This document shows positions 47,044-57,184 of a stretch of DNA of 64,000 nucleotides, one piece after another. The notes under the pieces are model-generated. The model was not told the DNA's origin. It made no database searches and saw only the letters and a list, made by a program, of their open reading frames with translations. The DNA is taken from contig JAXGPF010000003.1 in the NCBI GenBank assembly GCA_040767085.1, positions 96,001 through 160,000 of the forward strand, given 5' to 3'. Source of the DNA: Kiritimatiellia bacterium. GTDB taxonomy: Bacteria; Verrucomicrobiota; Kiritimatiellia; JAAZAB01. Position 1 is the stretch's first letter. Each line of letters starts with the position of its first letter. The translations under genes were made by a program, and so were the position numbers.

Positions 47044-47241
47044 TGAGGTATCCACAGAAAAACATATCCTTATTCTGCCGTAACTGCCGTAAAAAACAAG
47101 CAAATCCGGTGAAAATCCAGGCTGCATGCGCTACTGCGTGTCCCGCCGTAGTCCGACGGAGCGGGAATCCTGAACCGGCGATGAGATCAAAATGACGTAA
47201 CCCTGGCGGGGCACCGCGCAAGAACCGCCACACCCGGCAAC

Positions 47242-48696
47242 TCAGCCCAGCAGAATCTCCACCTGCTGGCCCCCCCGGGCATCCGCCGGCAGCCAGGGCT
47301 GGCCGCCAGTCCGGCCATTAATGCTGAATCGGACGATCCGGCCGCCATGGCCCGCGATGGAAATGCTGAGCGATGCTTGCCGATAGGCCAGTTGGGTGCA
47401 GTTTGCCGCGTCGAGTTCGGCCGGCAGCCAGGGATGAAAGCCTATGCCGTCAGGCTGAAAATCCATGCCCAGCAGCCCGCGCAATACCAGGCGGATGAAA
47501 CCGGTGGCGCACCAGGTCTGGCGCGGCTTGGAAGTATAGTTTACCTCCTGAACCCCGCCATAAATCTCGCCGGTCTCCGGGTGCAGCGTTTCCGCAAAAT
47601 GCCCGTCGCGCTCGGCATGTTGCGCCATCAACATGAATTCGCGCCAGAACAAATCCGGCCGGCCATTGCGCAAAGCGGCCTCGGCCCAGAAAACCTGCGC
47701 ATGCGGCCAGACCGGGCCGGATCCCCGGCCGTACTGATTGATGCCATACTTGGGGTCGCGGTACCGCGGGAAAGTCGGCCAGAGATACGGCAGCCCCGCC
47801 GGCGCCAGGTACTGATTGGCCATGACTTGTTGTTTCTGGGCGGCATCGGCAATGTCAAACAGCATCGCAAATCCATGGCCCAAAGCTTCCTGGTGGTCGC
47901 AGTGGCCCGGACCGAGGGGAATGCCGGCAAGGTAACGGTAATATTTTTTGTCATCCATCCAGAAATGCCGGTTGATGGCGGCTTTCAACGCTGCCGCCCG
48001 GGCCGGCCAATCCGGCGCCGGATTTACACCAAGCGGGCGGGCCATGTCCGTCAGGAGGCGGTAAGCCTGGTAATAAAGGCAATTGGTGGACAGGGCCTTG
48101 AAGGGAATCCCATCGCTGCCTGCTCCCTGCTGCTCGGGGGTGAACAGGCGTTTGCAGCCGCGGGCGCCGGCATAATCGCTCCGATCATGAATCGGATAGG
48201 CCAGTTCGTCCGGGTAAGCGGAGATGCAATCCATGCAGCAAGCCAGGCCGCGGAACAGCCCGTCGGCGGGATCGAATTCGGTTTCTTCGAAATACCCCAT
48301 GGTATTGCGCGCGGCATCGTAAGCCAATGCGAGAAATTCGCGATCGCCGGTGTAAAGGTAATGCTGCCAGAAGCCGATGACGGAAATAATGGCATCCCAG
48401 TAATGATCGCTCTTGTAGCCTACGCACCGGCCGATGGGCGTTGCTTCGATATTGGCCAGCAAGGTGTTCCGGGCGGCTTCCGGCGCCAGCAGGGACGCCC
48501 CGTTCCAGACGTTGAACGCCGCGTCGCGAATCCATGGTTCGATATAATGGATGCCGGCATAAATCACCGGGGCGGCTTCAGTCAACAAACCTTTCCGGAT
48601 AGGATGGATGTTGCCAAGCAAGTCGCCAACGGCCGTGCGGAAGGCCTTGTCAACTGTGCGGCTGCCGGTTTGCAGGAAAGGAAGGTTGATACGCAT
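47242..48696 (-). CDS. Six-hairpin glycosidase (amylo-alpha-1,6-glucosidase/MGH1-like)
   Basis: WIRDAA, ALSTNCLYY, INRHFW, GPVWP, QTWCA. Confidence 0.8.
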   Translation of the reverse strand: MRINLPFLQTGSRTVDKAFRTAVGDLLGNIHPIRKGLLTEAAPVIYAGIHYIEPWIRDAAFNVWNGASLLAPEAARNTLLANIEATPIGRCVGYKSDHYWDAIISVIGFWQHYLYTGDREFLALAYDAARNTMGYFEETEFDPADGLFRGLACCMDCISAYPDELAYPIHDRSDYAGARGCKRLFTPEQQGAGSDGIPFKALSTNCLYYQAYRLLTDMARPLGVNPAPDWPARAAALKAAINRHFWMDDKKYYRYLAGIPLGPGHCDHQEALGHGFAMLFDIADAAQKQQVMANQYLAPAGLPYLWPTFPRYRDPKYGINQYGRGSGPVWPHAQVFWAEAALRNGRPDLFWREFMLMAQHAERDGHFAETLHPETGEIYGGVQEVNYTSKPRQTWCATGFIRLVLRGLLGMDFQPDGIGFHPWLPAELDAANCTQLAYRQASLSISIAGHGGRIVRFSINGRTGGQPWLPADARGGQQVEILLG

Positions 48697-48728
48697 GGCG
48701 ATTGCCTTGTTTGAGCCGGACCGGCCGG

Positions 48729-51700
48729 TTACTTCTCGCCGGACGTGATCAGGGCCTCCGCGGGCGGCGCGGATGCCGCGCCCGTCAGAATGGACAGATC
48801 GCCGTTAAAGCGGCACAGCGCGCGGGTATGTTCGTCCAACTCCCATTCGCCGGCGCGCGGCGCGGGCGTGAAGGCGCCTTGATAGCGTTGCACATCCGAT
48901 ATGCGTAATTCATCCACTACCCCGTCCAGCGGGCCCAGCGCCAGATGGCTTGGCGCGCCCTTCGGCAAAACGCCGTCATGCCCGTTGGCAAACACGGTTT
49001 TGCGCACACTGCGCCCATTGCAAAAGATTTCCAGGTTCAGCAGGGATAGCGGTTCGCCATGCGGGCCGCGCGCCGGCCTTAAGCCCCAGACATACGCCAG
49101 GTGCACCCATTCTTCGCGTTCCATCAGCGTCTGCAACATCCAACAGCGCACCCAATACGGCTGACTGTTGGGCGTATCGGCGTAAATCCAGCCAAAGAGC
49201 GCATGCGACGCCGATATTGGCCCGCCCAGGATGGCGGTGCCGGCCGGGTCCACACGGTAGGTCAATCCCCAATCCAGGCCGCGGCCAGGCCCGGGCGACA
49301 GCCGCAGCAGGCACCGCTCCACGGCGCCCGTGCCCAGGTCGAATGTGCCCCACGCCGGCCGGAAGTAGAATTCGATCGTGCCGGCGCGTTGCGGCAGAAA
49401 CAGTCCGCCGTCGCCGCCGGGATGCGGCGGGCCGGCATCCAAAACCAGTTGTTCGTTGCCGCGCAGGACCGCCGCGCGATTGCCCGGCGCCGCTGCCAGC
49501 CGTCCTGGGGCAAAGCGCTCCCCCGCTGGCGCAAGGGCCGCGGCCGCGGACGGCGCCGACGGCAGCTCAGTCCGCCAGTCAATCGGCGGCTCGAAATAAA
49601 ATTCCGGCTCATGCATGGCGAAAAACGGCGGAAAGCCCTCCGCCCGGATCAAACGATTTTCCAGGGGCTCCAGCCGCCATAACCCCGGGCGATCGCCCGG
49701 CAATGACACCCAGCCCTGCGCGCCTTCCGCGCTGCCGAACAATTTTCCGGCCGGATCGTACAGGCGCCCCCGCCCTTCCAGGAAAATCCGGGCGCTTGCC
49801 GATTGCTGCGGCAGTTTGAAATACACATTCGCGGCCGGGACGATGTCCGGCAATTGCCAATATTCCGGCGCATACAACACCAGCGGCACGCGCTGGCGCG
49901 CCATGACAAACCAGCCGGTGAACTCGCGGCTGCCGGACCGGGGCGCATAACGCAAAGCATAGGCCCCGCCCGGCGCATCCCTGGGAATCCGGACCTGCGC
50001 GCGGGCAATTTCCCGCTCAGCGACCTGGTTCAAGTCCAAGCCCCAAGGCAATGCATGCCCCAAAGGCTGCACCGCGATGACGCCGCCAACCGTGCCAATC
50101 TGCTGGCCATCCCACGGCATTTGCACTTCCAGGTCAAGCTGCTGAAGATTTTCCTTCTGCGCCACGATGCGCGTCGGAAAGCCGTAATCCTGGAAGGCGA
50201 GCCAGGATGCGGGCCGCTGCCGCAAGGCGCCGGCGCGCGCCACCACGCTCATGGCGTACGGGAGCCCTTCAAAAAACGCCGCCACGGAGGAAGCGCCGCT
50301 GTCGCCGCTGTATGTGCCGGCCGCCGGGTTGTAGGCCGTCCCGGCGCGCCGGATGGCATATTCCATCGCCGCGGCCACGGACGGATCGCCCGTGGTCCGG
50401 TAGATATAGTCGCCGAGGTAGCCGAACGGATTCATGTAGCTCAGCGGCCAGGCAACGCCGGGCAGGCTGTCCCGCGCCCAGCTTAGGGATTCATGATAAA
50501 TCGGCGTGCCATAAATGCGCTCGGCCTCAATCAACCCGCGCACATCCACGCCCAGTTTGTAAGTGCTGCTTTTGTAGGGACGGTTGTCCTTGGTCAGGCT
50601 GACGGCGCTTTGCGGATCGTAAAAAGTTTGATACGTGGCATCCGCCAGCGCGCGCAATTCCGGGTCCCAGGTGAATCCGTAAGCCTGGGTCAGCACACGG
50701 AATACCATGAGCTTGCGCCAGGCATGCATCGCCGGCCGCCAGCCTTGTTTCAAGCCTGCGGCAAACTGTTCCAGCACATCGCCGGCGCGCCGGTACCCGG
50801 TCAACTGGTACATCCAGAGGAACTGGTTTAAATCCGTCGAGGAATCAATCTGAAAGGCCGTCTCCCCGCCCCAGAACAGCGGATACGACTCCAACTCGCC
50901 GCCATGCCGCAGGTAGACCCCGCGGACTTTCCCGGGCGCCTCCCAATGCGTCAGCCAGTTGTCCATGAAAGACCGGTTGATGCCGGCGGCAAACTCGCGG
51001 GCGGCGCGGCCGCCGGACCGCGCATAGACCAGCCAGGCTCCGGAACGCGTCCCGTAGGTGGAGCGGTAGCGCTTGCTGTAATTGGCCGGGCCGCTGTAGG
51101 TGGGGCCGGCGAAATAATTCACAAAGCCGTAATGACCCGGCGTCAGCGCCAGGTCCCCCCAGAACCGCAGACAGGCGTCAATAAGTTGCTCGGCGCGCGC
51201 GAAATTTTCCGGATCGCGGGGATGCAGCGGCCCCAGCGCGCCGGACCGGCAAATCCAGTCGGGCGCCGCTGCGGCGTAAACCGGCCGGGAATGCGCCGCC
51301 GCCAGCGCGGGCGCCAGCGCGGCGGCCCGGGGCGGCGGCAAGGGCGCGAACAGCAACTCGTGGGTCTTCGCCCATCCCGCCGCATTGCCGGGCGCCGCCT
51401 GCAATGCCAGCGCTTTTTTTGCGTCTAAATGCCATTTCTTTGCCAGGGTGGCCGGCCGGAAGTCCAACTCGTCCCCCGCGCGATGGCTGAACAATTTCAG
51501 CGAAAAACGGCCGGCACTGATTTCAAATTCCTTGGGATGCTGCCGGGCGACCTCCCGGCACACCGCCAGCCAGCCGCCGCGCGCGCCATGCAACATGGCC
51601 CAATCGCCGCATTCCTCGCCCTGGTGCAGCACCCGGTTGCCGGCCGCGATGGAAAAATGGTTGGTGCCGGCGCCCAGTTGAAAATGGGCATCCTGCAACA

Positions 51701-53096
51701 TGGAGGCCGCCGTGTCCGGCGCCAGCTCCTGCGCCACGACCTGCGCGGAATCAGCGCGCGCGGCATTGAAAACCGCCCGGACGCCGGCGCCGGCATCCAC
51801 GGCGAACTCCCAGCCGATTTCCCGGAACCAGACCTTTTGGGTATCTTCCGACAGCACCAGCGTGTGCGTGATCTTGGCCTGCGGCAGCCCGGCAAACGCC
51901 TCTACGCGGACGATGTAACGCGCCAGCGGCGTCCCATCCGCCGCGCGGTAAAAGCCCTCGCAGCGCACGCAGGCCGCCACCGGGCCGCGCGCTTCCACCC
52001 GCAGGCTGTTTTCATCCAATACCGCGGACGCCTCCCGCCCGGTCTGATCCACCACGTATAGCCCGCGCGCGCCGGCGGTGGTTGCCAGCCGGCGCTCCCC
52101 GAGCCAGACTTCGGCAATCGGCGAGTTGGCCCCGCCCAGCACATAACGCGCCGCGCCGGTATCCAGGATGATTTGCCCGTTTTGTTCGCTGACGGACACT
52201 CCCGCCGCCGGCGCCGCAGCGGACGGCGCCATTTCCAGATAATATTGCAGCGCCGGATCGACCAGGGCATCCACCCGCACCCACTGCACCGCGCCATCCC
52301 GGGCCCAGCGGCCGGTGATTTCGGTCTGCATGGCCGCCTCACCCCCGCCGTCATCCACCAGGCGCATCGCAAACCCGTCCCAGGCTGCGCCGGCCGGGAA
52401 CGGCACGCCGAAGGTTACGGGCACAATGCCGGCGCGCGACGATGCCGGCGGCACATCCAGCACCACCGGAATCCGCGTGTCGGGCGGCAGCGGCGCCGGG
52501 GGGTCCTCCGCCCGCAGGAATACCTCAAACACATCCGTGGTTTGCCCGTTTTCGATTAAATTCAGCGCCAACCGCCCGCGCCGCAGTCCATGCCGGCGCA
52601 AGTCCACCGACAGCCGGCCCCGGCAATGCTCCGGGACCGTCTCCAGCGCCGCCGCCGGCTTGGCCGCGCCCAAATCAATCAGCCGGGCCGCCAGGCGCGA
52701 CTTGGCCAAATCCACTTCCGGGCTGATGTGAAAACCGACTTCAATCCAGCGTTCCCATGGCCGCGCATCATCACGTTCAAGCTGGACCTGCCAGCGAGCG
52801 GACGCGGAGGCCGGCGCCGGGGGCGGCGCATTCGTGCCCTCCCGCCATGGGTAATGATCAAACGCAAATTCCAATCCGGCATCCGCCCGCGCCATGCCCG
52901 CCGCCAGGAGCAGCGCGCACAGCGAATGGCCGGCGCAACCGTGCATTCTGCGAGCCTGTTTCAAAAGTCCTGCCAGGAATGGTCGGGGTGGAACCCGCCC
53001 CTCCATAAAAGGGCGATATCTCAGATTTGGGATGAACAACTTCCACATCGTCCACGGCGTTTGAAACCGGCTCAGCCAATTCGTTTTTGCGCGCAT
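48729..53096 (-). CDS. Very large secreted protein: exo-rhamnogalacturonan-lyase/YetA-like core with LamG-like C-terminus
   Basis: PVTFGVPFPAG...RWARDGAVQW; AGTIEFYFRP...WVHLA...GVVDELRIS; RBS AAGGA before 53096 (alternative start 52946). Confidence 0.7.
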   Translation of the reverse strand: MRAKTNWLSRFQTPWTMWKLFIPNLRYRPFMEGRVPPRPFLAGLLKQARRMHGCAGHSLCALLLAAGMARADAGLEFAFDHYPWREGTNAPPPAPASASARWQVQLERDDARPWERWIEVGFHISPEVDLAKSRLAARLIDLGAAKPAAALETVPEHCRGRLSVDLRRHGLRRGRLALNLIENGQTTDVFEVFLRAEDPPAPLPPDTRIPVVLDVPPASSRAGIVPVTFGVPFPAGAAWDGFAMRLVDDGGGEAAMQTEITGRWARDGAVQWVRVDALVDPALQYYLEMAPSAAAPAAGVSVSEQNGQIILDTGAARYVLGGANSPIAEVWLGERRLATTAGARGLYVVDQTGREASAVLDENSLRVEARGPVAACVRCEGFYRAADGTPLARYIVRVEAFAGLPQAKITHTLVLSEDTQKVWFREIGWEFAVDAGAGVRAVFNAARADSAQVVAQELAPDTAASMLQDAHFQLGAGTNHFSIAAGNRVLHQGEECGDWAMLHGARGGWLAVCREVARQHPKEFEISAGRFSLKLFSHRAGDELDFRPATLAKKWHLDAKKALALQAAPGNAAGWAKTHELLFAPLPPPRAAALAPALAAAHSRPVYAAAAPDWICRSGALGPLHPRDPENFARAEQLIDACLRFWGDLALTPGHYGFVNYFAGPTYSGPANYSKRYRSTYGTRSGAWLVYARSGGRAAREFAAGINRSFMDNWLTHWEAPGKVRGVYLRHGGELESYPLFWGGETAFQIDSSTDLNQFLWMYQLTGYRRAGDVLEQFAAGLKQGWRPAMHAWRKLMVFRVLTQAYGFTWDPELRALADATYQTFYDPQSAVSLTKDNRPYKSSTYKLGVDVRGLIEAERIYGTPIYHESLSWARDSLPGVAWPLSYMNPFGYLGDYIYRTTGDPSVAAAMEYAIRRAGTAYNPAAGTYSGDSGASSVAAFFEGLPYAMSVVARAGALRQRPASWLAFQDYGFPTRIVAQKENLQQLDLEVQMPWDGQQIGTVGGVIAVQPLGHALPWGLDLNQVAEREIARAQVRIPRDAPGGAYALRYAPRSGSREFTGWFVMARQRVPLVLYAPEYWQLPDIVPAANVYFKLPQQSASARIFLEGRGRLYDPAGKLFGSAEGAQGWVSLPGDRPGLWRLEPLENRLIRAEGFPPFFAMHEPEFYFEPPIDWRTELPSAPSAAAALAPAGERFAPGRLAAAPGNRAAVLRGNEQLVLDAGPPHPGGDGGLFLPQRAGTIEFYFRPAWGTFDLGTGAVERCLLRLSPGPGRGLDWGLTYRVDPAGTAILGGPISASHALFGWIYADTPNSQPYWVRCWMLQTLMEREEWVHLAYVWGLRPARGPHGEPLSLLNLEIFCNGRSVRKTVFANGHDGVLPKGAPSHLALGPLDGVVDELRISDVQRYQGAFTPAPRAGEWELDEHTRALCRFNGDLSILTGAASAPPAEALITSGEK
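52952..53073. mobile_element. MITE family A, diverged copy 3
   Basis: GAGCCTGTTTCAAAAGTC...TTTGAAACCGGCTC; collinear with 5154-5273; no target duplication visible. Confidence 0.75.
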
Positions 53097-53124
53097 CTTG
53101 TTCCTTGGATTGAGGCACATACGG

Positions 53125-54480
53125 CTATTGGAAACGAAACATGGTTCCGCGCAATTGGTATTCGTAACATCCCATGTCCGGCTTGCCGCCGAAATGGTCC
53201 ACCCGGCGGAATCCATCCAAATCCTGCGCCCCGGGCATCCAGGACAGGCTGAGCCCGGCATTAAGGCAGGGCGAGTCCGCCTGCAAATGATAATCGCCCC
53301 CGCCGGCAAACAGCGGCGGCCCCTCGATATTGCCGGCATCGGGAGTCGGCAATCCCGCAACCGGCGTGGTGCAGGTGTTGGAGACTACCGAGTTAGGGCT
53401 CGCAAAATTGTAATTTGCCGGGCTGTTGCTGTAAATTATACAGTTAAAAAAGTCGGCGGGATTGGCGTCCGCTCTGATATTAAACCCAGCCCCCGAACCG
53501 GCAGTATTCCCGGCAATAGTGCAATTAAAAACACTGATGCCGTAATAACCATAAACGCCTCCATACGAACCGCTGGCGTTATCAGCCACCAAGGTGTTGC
53601 GCAACACGCCGTAGTTGACTACCCAAATGCCACCAGCGCCATTGGTGGAAACGTTCCCCTGCACCCGGCAACGGTCCACCAGCGTAGCGGCCTGAATATA
53701 CATGCCGCCGCCCCGGTAGGCCGACGTGTTGGATTGCACGAGGCAGTCATAAAGTTCCACCGTCCCCTGGCTCCAGATGCCGCCGGCGGATGAACAAGAA
53801 TCGTTGCCGCTGAATTCCGTGTTATAAACTTTCGTGTTTTGCAGCCAGGCGCCGCCGGCAACGGCAGTGTTGGTGTTATACAGCGCCGCCCGATTGCCGC
53901 GCACAAAGCAATTGGAAACCGCAACCTGGAATCCGAGGGTGGCCAAGACATACGCTCCGCCTCCGCCGGCGGGGGAGATATTATTGATATTTTCGGCGGT
54001 GTTGCCGTCAATCGCGCACCGGTGAAGCTCCGCCGTGCCGGCGCCGGAAGCCACGACATACAGACCGCCGCCGCGCAAATAACTGTAACCGTTGGTCATG
54101 ATCAACCCATCCACCACAACCCGTAAAGACGCCACGCGGTTCACGCCCAGGCAGCGGTTGGATCCGCCGCCGTCAATCACCACTGTGCCGGGCCCGTTCC
54201 AGGCGCGCAGCGTCAATGAATTGGTGATATAAATCACATTCGTGCCATTCCAATCCACCGCCTGGGCATCCGCTTTGTAAACGCCGTTGGAAATCCAGAT
54301 GGTGGACCCGGTGGGCGCAATGCCGATGACGCCCTGGATGCTGCTGGCCGCATTCGCCCAACTACCCGCGCCATCACCCGTCCCATTGGTCGCCACGAAA
54401 TAATCGGCGCGGGCCGGCCCGCTCAACATCCACATGCCGGCCGCCAGCCACCCGATCACTACATACTTGAATGCCTTCAT
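53125..54480 (-). CDS. Secreted beta-helix repeat protein with choice-of-anchor Q-like C-terminus
   Basis: RBS GGAGG; paralog of 1604-3004; ends DYHLQADSPCLNAG...PDMGCYEY..GTMFRFQ. Confidence 0.8.
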   Translation of the reverse strand: MKAFKYVVIGWLAAGMWMLSGPARADYFVATNGTGDGAGSWANAASSIQGVIGIAPTGSTIWISNGVYKADAQAVDWNGTNVIYITNSLTLRAWNGPGTVVIDGGGSNRCLGVNRVASLRVVVDGLIMTNGYSYLRGGGLYVVASGAGTAELHRCAIDGNTAENINNISPAGGGGAYVLATLGFQVAVSNCFVRGNRAALYNTNTAVAGGAWLQNTKVYNTEFSGNDSCSSAGGIWSQGTVELYDCLVQSNTSAYRGGGMYIQAATLVDRCRVQGNVSTNGAGGIWVVNYGVLRNTLVADNASGSYGGVYGYYGISVFNCTIAGNTAGSGAGFNIRADANPADFFNCIIYSNSPANYNFASPNSVVSNTCTTPVAGLPTPDAGNIEGPPLFAGGGDYHLQADSPCLNAGLSLSWMPGAQDLDGFRRVDHFGGKPDMGCYEYQLRGTMFRFQ

Positions 54481-54513
54481 ATCAACCTCCTGTTGTTCCA
54501 CCGCACAATCGCC

Positions 54514-55632
54514 TCAACTTGCGCCCCCGCCGCCTATGTTGGCAATGGCCTGCGCCAGCGCTGGTGTATGACCCATCTTCAATTCGCCATGCTGCTCACC
54601 GCCGGCCTTGCCGGAAGCCAGGGCGGCGGACGATCCGCAAGATTCCCGCACGACCAATTCCGTCGGCACCAGCAGCCGGCGCCGCGGCGGTGTGCCGCCA
54701 TGAATCAGCGTATCCAACATTTCAACGGCCGCCCGGCCCAGTTCAGCGGGATTCTGCCGCACCGTCGTCAAGGCCGGGCGGATGCGGTCAAACAGGGGGA
54801 TATCGTCATAACTGACGACCGCCATGTCCCGGGGCACGCTGATGCCGCGCGCAGCCAGATGATCCAGCAATAAAAGCGTATAGCGGAATTCCGAGCAAAA
54901 CAGAGCGGTGGGCGGATTTTCCAGCGCCAGCATCGCGTCGCATAAATCCGCCGCCGTGCGCTTTACCAGGCTGCCGACCAGGGCCCGGTCGCGCGGAATG
55001 CCCAGCGAGCGCAAGGCGCTGTGATAACCCCGCAAACGCTCCCGGCCGGCATCGTAAGAATCCCGGACAATGGCCCCGATGCGCCGATGCCCCAGGGTTG
55101 CCAGGTGTTCGATCAAGCGCCGGCATCCGTTGTGATTATCTGAACATACCGCGTAAATGTCGTCCCGCTTGCCGCGGCAATCGAAAAACACCACCGGCCA
55201 TGCATGCTGCCTGGCCAGGTCCGCCATCCCGGCGGATACCGCGCCGGCTATGACAATCAAGCCGTCCGCCAGTCGTTGCCGGAGGGCATGCTCCAGGACG
55301 CGTTCCAGCGGCTCACCGGAATAGGTATAAAACAGCAGAGAATATTTCCGGCCCTCCGCTGCCCGCCCGATCCCGGCCAGGTTCTGAGCCACCACCACAT
55401 TGCTGATAAACCCAAAGGACGGCACAATCAATCCAATGCAGCCGGTTTTCCCCAGTACCAGCGACCGCGCAACATGATGCGGATGATATTTTAATTCATC
55501 CGCCACGCGCGCGACAGCCGCGCGGGTCCCCGGCGGAATCTGGCGGCTGTAATTCAGGGCGCGGGACACCGTCGAGTGATGCAGGCCAAGCCGGCGGGCA
55601 ATATCCTTGATCGTGGCCGGGGCGTTTGCCAT
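54514..55632 (-). CDS. LacI family transcriptional regulator
   Basis: TIKDIARRLGLHHSTVSRALN; SVPRDMAVVSYDD; LTTVRQ; LVVRES. Confidence 0.93.
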   Translation of the reverse strand: MANAPATIKDIARRLGLHHSTVSRALNYSRQIPPGTRAAVARVADELKYHPHHVARSLVLGKTGCIGLIVPSFGFISNVVVAQNLAGIGRAAEGRKYSLLFYTYSGEPLERVLEHALRQRLADGLIVIAGAVSAGMADLARQHAWPVVFFDCRGKRDDIYAVCSDNHNGCRRLIEHLATLGHRRIGAIVRDSYDAGRERLRGYHSALRSLGIPRDRALVGSLVKRTAADLCDAMLALENPPTALFCSEFRYTLLLLDHLAARGISVPRDMAVVSYDDIPLFDRIRPALTTVRQNPAELGRAAVEMLDTLIHGGTPPRRRLLVPTELVVRESCGSSAALASGKAGGEQHGELKMGHTPALAQAIANIGGGGAS

Positions 55633-55646
55633 GGCGGAAACTCTTT

Positions 55647-55664
55647 TGCGCACACGTTTGCGAA
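55647..55664. promoter_or_regulatory. Probable LacI-family operator
   Basis: CGCACACGTTTGCG, 12/14 palindrome with central CG, just upstream of the LacI start. Confidence 0.6.
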
Positions 55665-55717
55665 ACTGACAGTTTTGTAGCAGCCGCGCGCGCCGGAGGC
55701 AAGCAAAATAATGGGGG

Positions 55718-55802
55718 GATGCCCGGCGCGGACCGCCTGGATGGCCGCCACGGCGCCGGCGGTGCCGCCGCCGGCCACGATCACGTCATATGCCTGTTTC
55801 AT
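55718..55802 (-). pseudogene. N-terminal stub of an FAD-dependent oxidoreductase
   Basis: MKQAYDVIVAGGGTAGAVAAIQAVRAG, after which similarity stops. Confidence 0.65.
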
Positions 55803-55874
55803 CCGCGATTTTCCTTTTGATGGGCGACGATTTGAGTGGAAGCTATACCATCAGCTGGAATATTTTGGATTCTT

Positions 55875-56468
55875 TTATTTGTCTGCTGCCGCCGCCTTAA
55901 CAATTTGAATGCCGCCGCTCAGCACAACCGCCACGATGGCGAGCCCTATAACCAGGTCGGGATAACGGCTGCCCGACAACCAGACTAATGCTCCGGAAAT
56001 TATGACCCCCAGGTTGGCAATCACGTCATTCCTGGAGAAGATCGTTGACGCGCGCATATGTATGCCGCCTTGACGGTGCTTCGAAATAAGCCAGAGACAG
56101 ACAGAATTAGCCATCAATGCAACTATGCCGACGCCCATCATGAGACTGCTGACAGGTTCGCTGCCCATGACAAACCGCCGCAACACATCGCCAAGCACCA
56201 GTCCGGCCAGCAGGATTTGAGTGATGCCGCTCAATTTCGCGGCTTTGCATTTCAAGGCATGGCTTCCCCCGACAGCATATAGACTGATTGAGTACACGGA
56301 TGCATCCGCAAACATGTCCAGCGAATCGGCCAGCAACCCGGTTGATTCCGCCAGCAGGCCAAGCGCCAGTTCGAAAACAAACATGAAGGCGTTGATGCCA
56401 AGGACCACCAGAAGCGTTTTGCGCTCCTGCCTGGTCCGCGCTTCCATTTCACATCCGCATCCAGACAT
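55875..56468 (-). CDS. Cation diffusion facilitator family transporter (short form)
   Basis: STGLLADSLDMFADA, SRNDVIAN, YPDL. Confidence 0.88.
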   Translation of the reverse strand: MSGCGCEMEARTRQERKTLLVVLGINAFMFVFELALGLLAESTGLLADSLDMFADASVYSISLYAVGGSHALKCKAAKLSGITQILLAGLVLGDVLRRFVMGSEPVSSLMMGVGIVALMANSVCLWLISKHRQGGIHMRASTIFSRNDVIANLGVIISGALVWLSGSRYPDLVIGLAIVAVVLSGGIQIVKAAAADK

Positions 56469-56482
56469 AAGCAATCACACAG

Positions 56483-57142
56483 TCAGGCGATTCCGCTTGA
56501 CTCCAAACAGCCGGCTAGGTCGGCAAGCGACTGAAAAATCAAATCCGGACCGGCGCTTTCGATTTCCGCGCGGCTGCCATAACCATGCATCACGGCGGCG
56601 GTCGCAACGCCATTCTGTTTGCCCCCGATAATATCGCAATACCGGTCGCCCACCATGAGCGATGCCGCGGGATTCAAATCCTCGGCCTTGAGAATACAGG
56701 CCACCAGGTCGGTTTTATCCGTCAAACGTCCGTCGAGTTCGCTGCCATAAATGCCGTGGAAAAACGACCGCAGTTCGAAATGGTCGAGGATACGGCTGGC
56801 AAAGACCGTTGGCTTCGCCGTGGCGAGAAACACCCGGCAGCCGCCCGCGCCAATCCTGGCGAGCGCGGCGGCCGTCCCCGGATAGACGGCATTCTCATAA
56901 ATCCCGGTCGCGGCGAACCGCTCCCGGTAGTATTGCAGGGCTGTATCCATCAGCGCCTGGTCGTCGGAGCCCAGCAAACGGGCAAAAGACTGTTTCAGCG
57001 GCGGCCCGATACACCAGAGCAGTTCGTCGGCCGGCGGCGCCTCTCTGCCCAGCCGGCCGAGCGCGAATTGGATGCAGCGCGTTATCCCGTCCTTGGGATC
57101 GGTGAGCGTGCCGTCCAGATCCATTAAAACGTTGCGAATCAT
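56483..57142 (-). CDS. HAD family phosphatase
   Basis: DLDGTLTD, ATAK, MVGDRYCD. Confidence 0.92.
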   Translation of the reverse strand: MIRNVLMDLDGTLTDPKDGITRCIQFALGRLGREAPPADELLWCIGPPLKQSFARLLGSDDQALMDTALQYYRERFAATGIYENAVYPGTAAALARIGAGGCRVFLATAKPTVFASRILDHFELRSFFHGIYGSELDGRLTDKTDLVACILKAEDLNPAASLMVGDRYCDIIGGKQNGVATAAVMHGYGSRAEIESAGPDLIFQSLADLAGCLESSGIA

Positions 57143-57184
57143 GGCTGACCCATCACGCCCCGGTTCTTACGCGGGCCAGTCTCA

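Noticed and set aside
47125-47240. Riboswitch or 6S-like RNA upstream of the wecA-like gene
   Set aside because: The main hairpin matches the REP-like family at 34262, and I could not match a known RNA motif; an Rfam scan would settle it.
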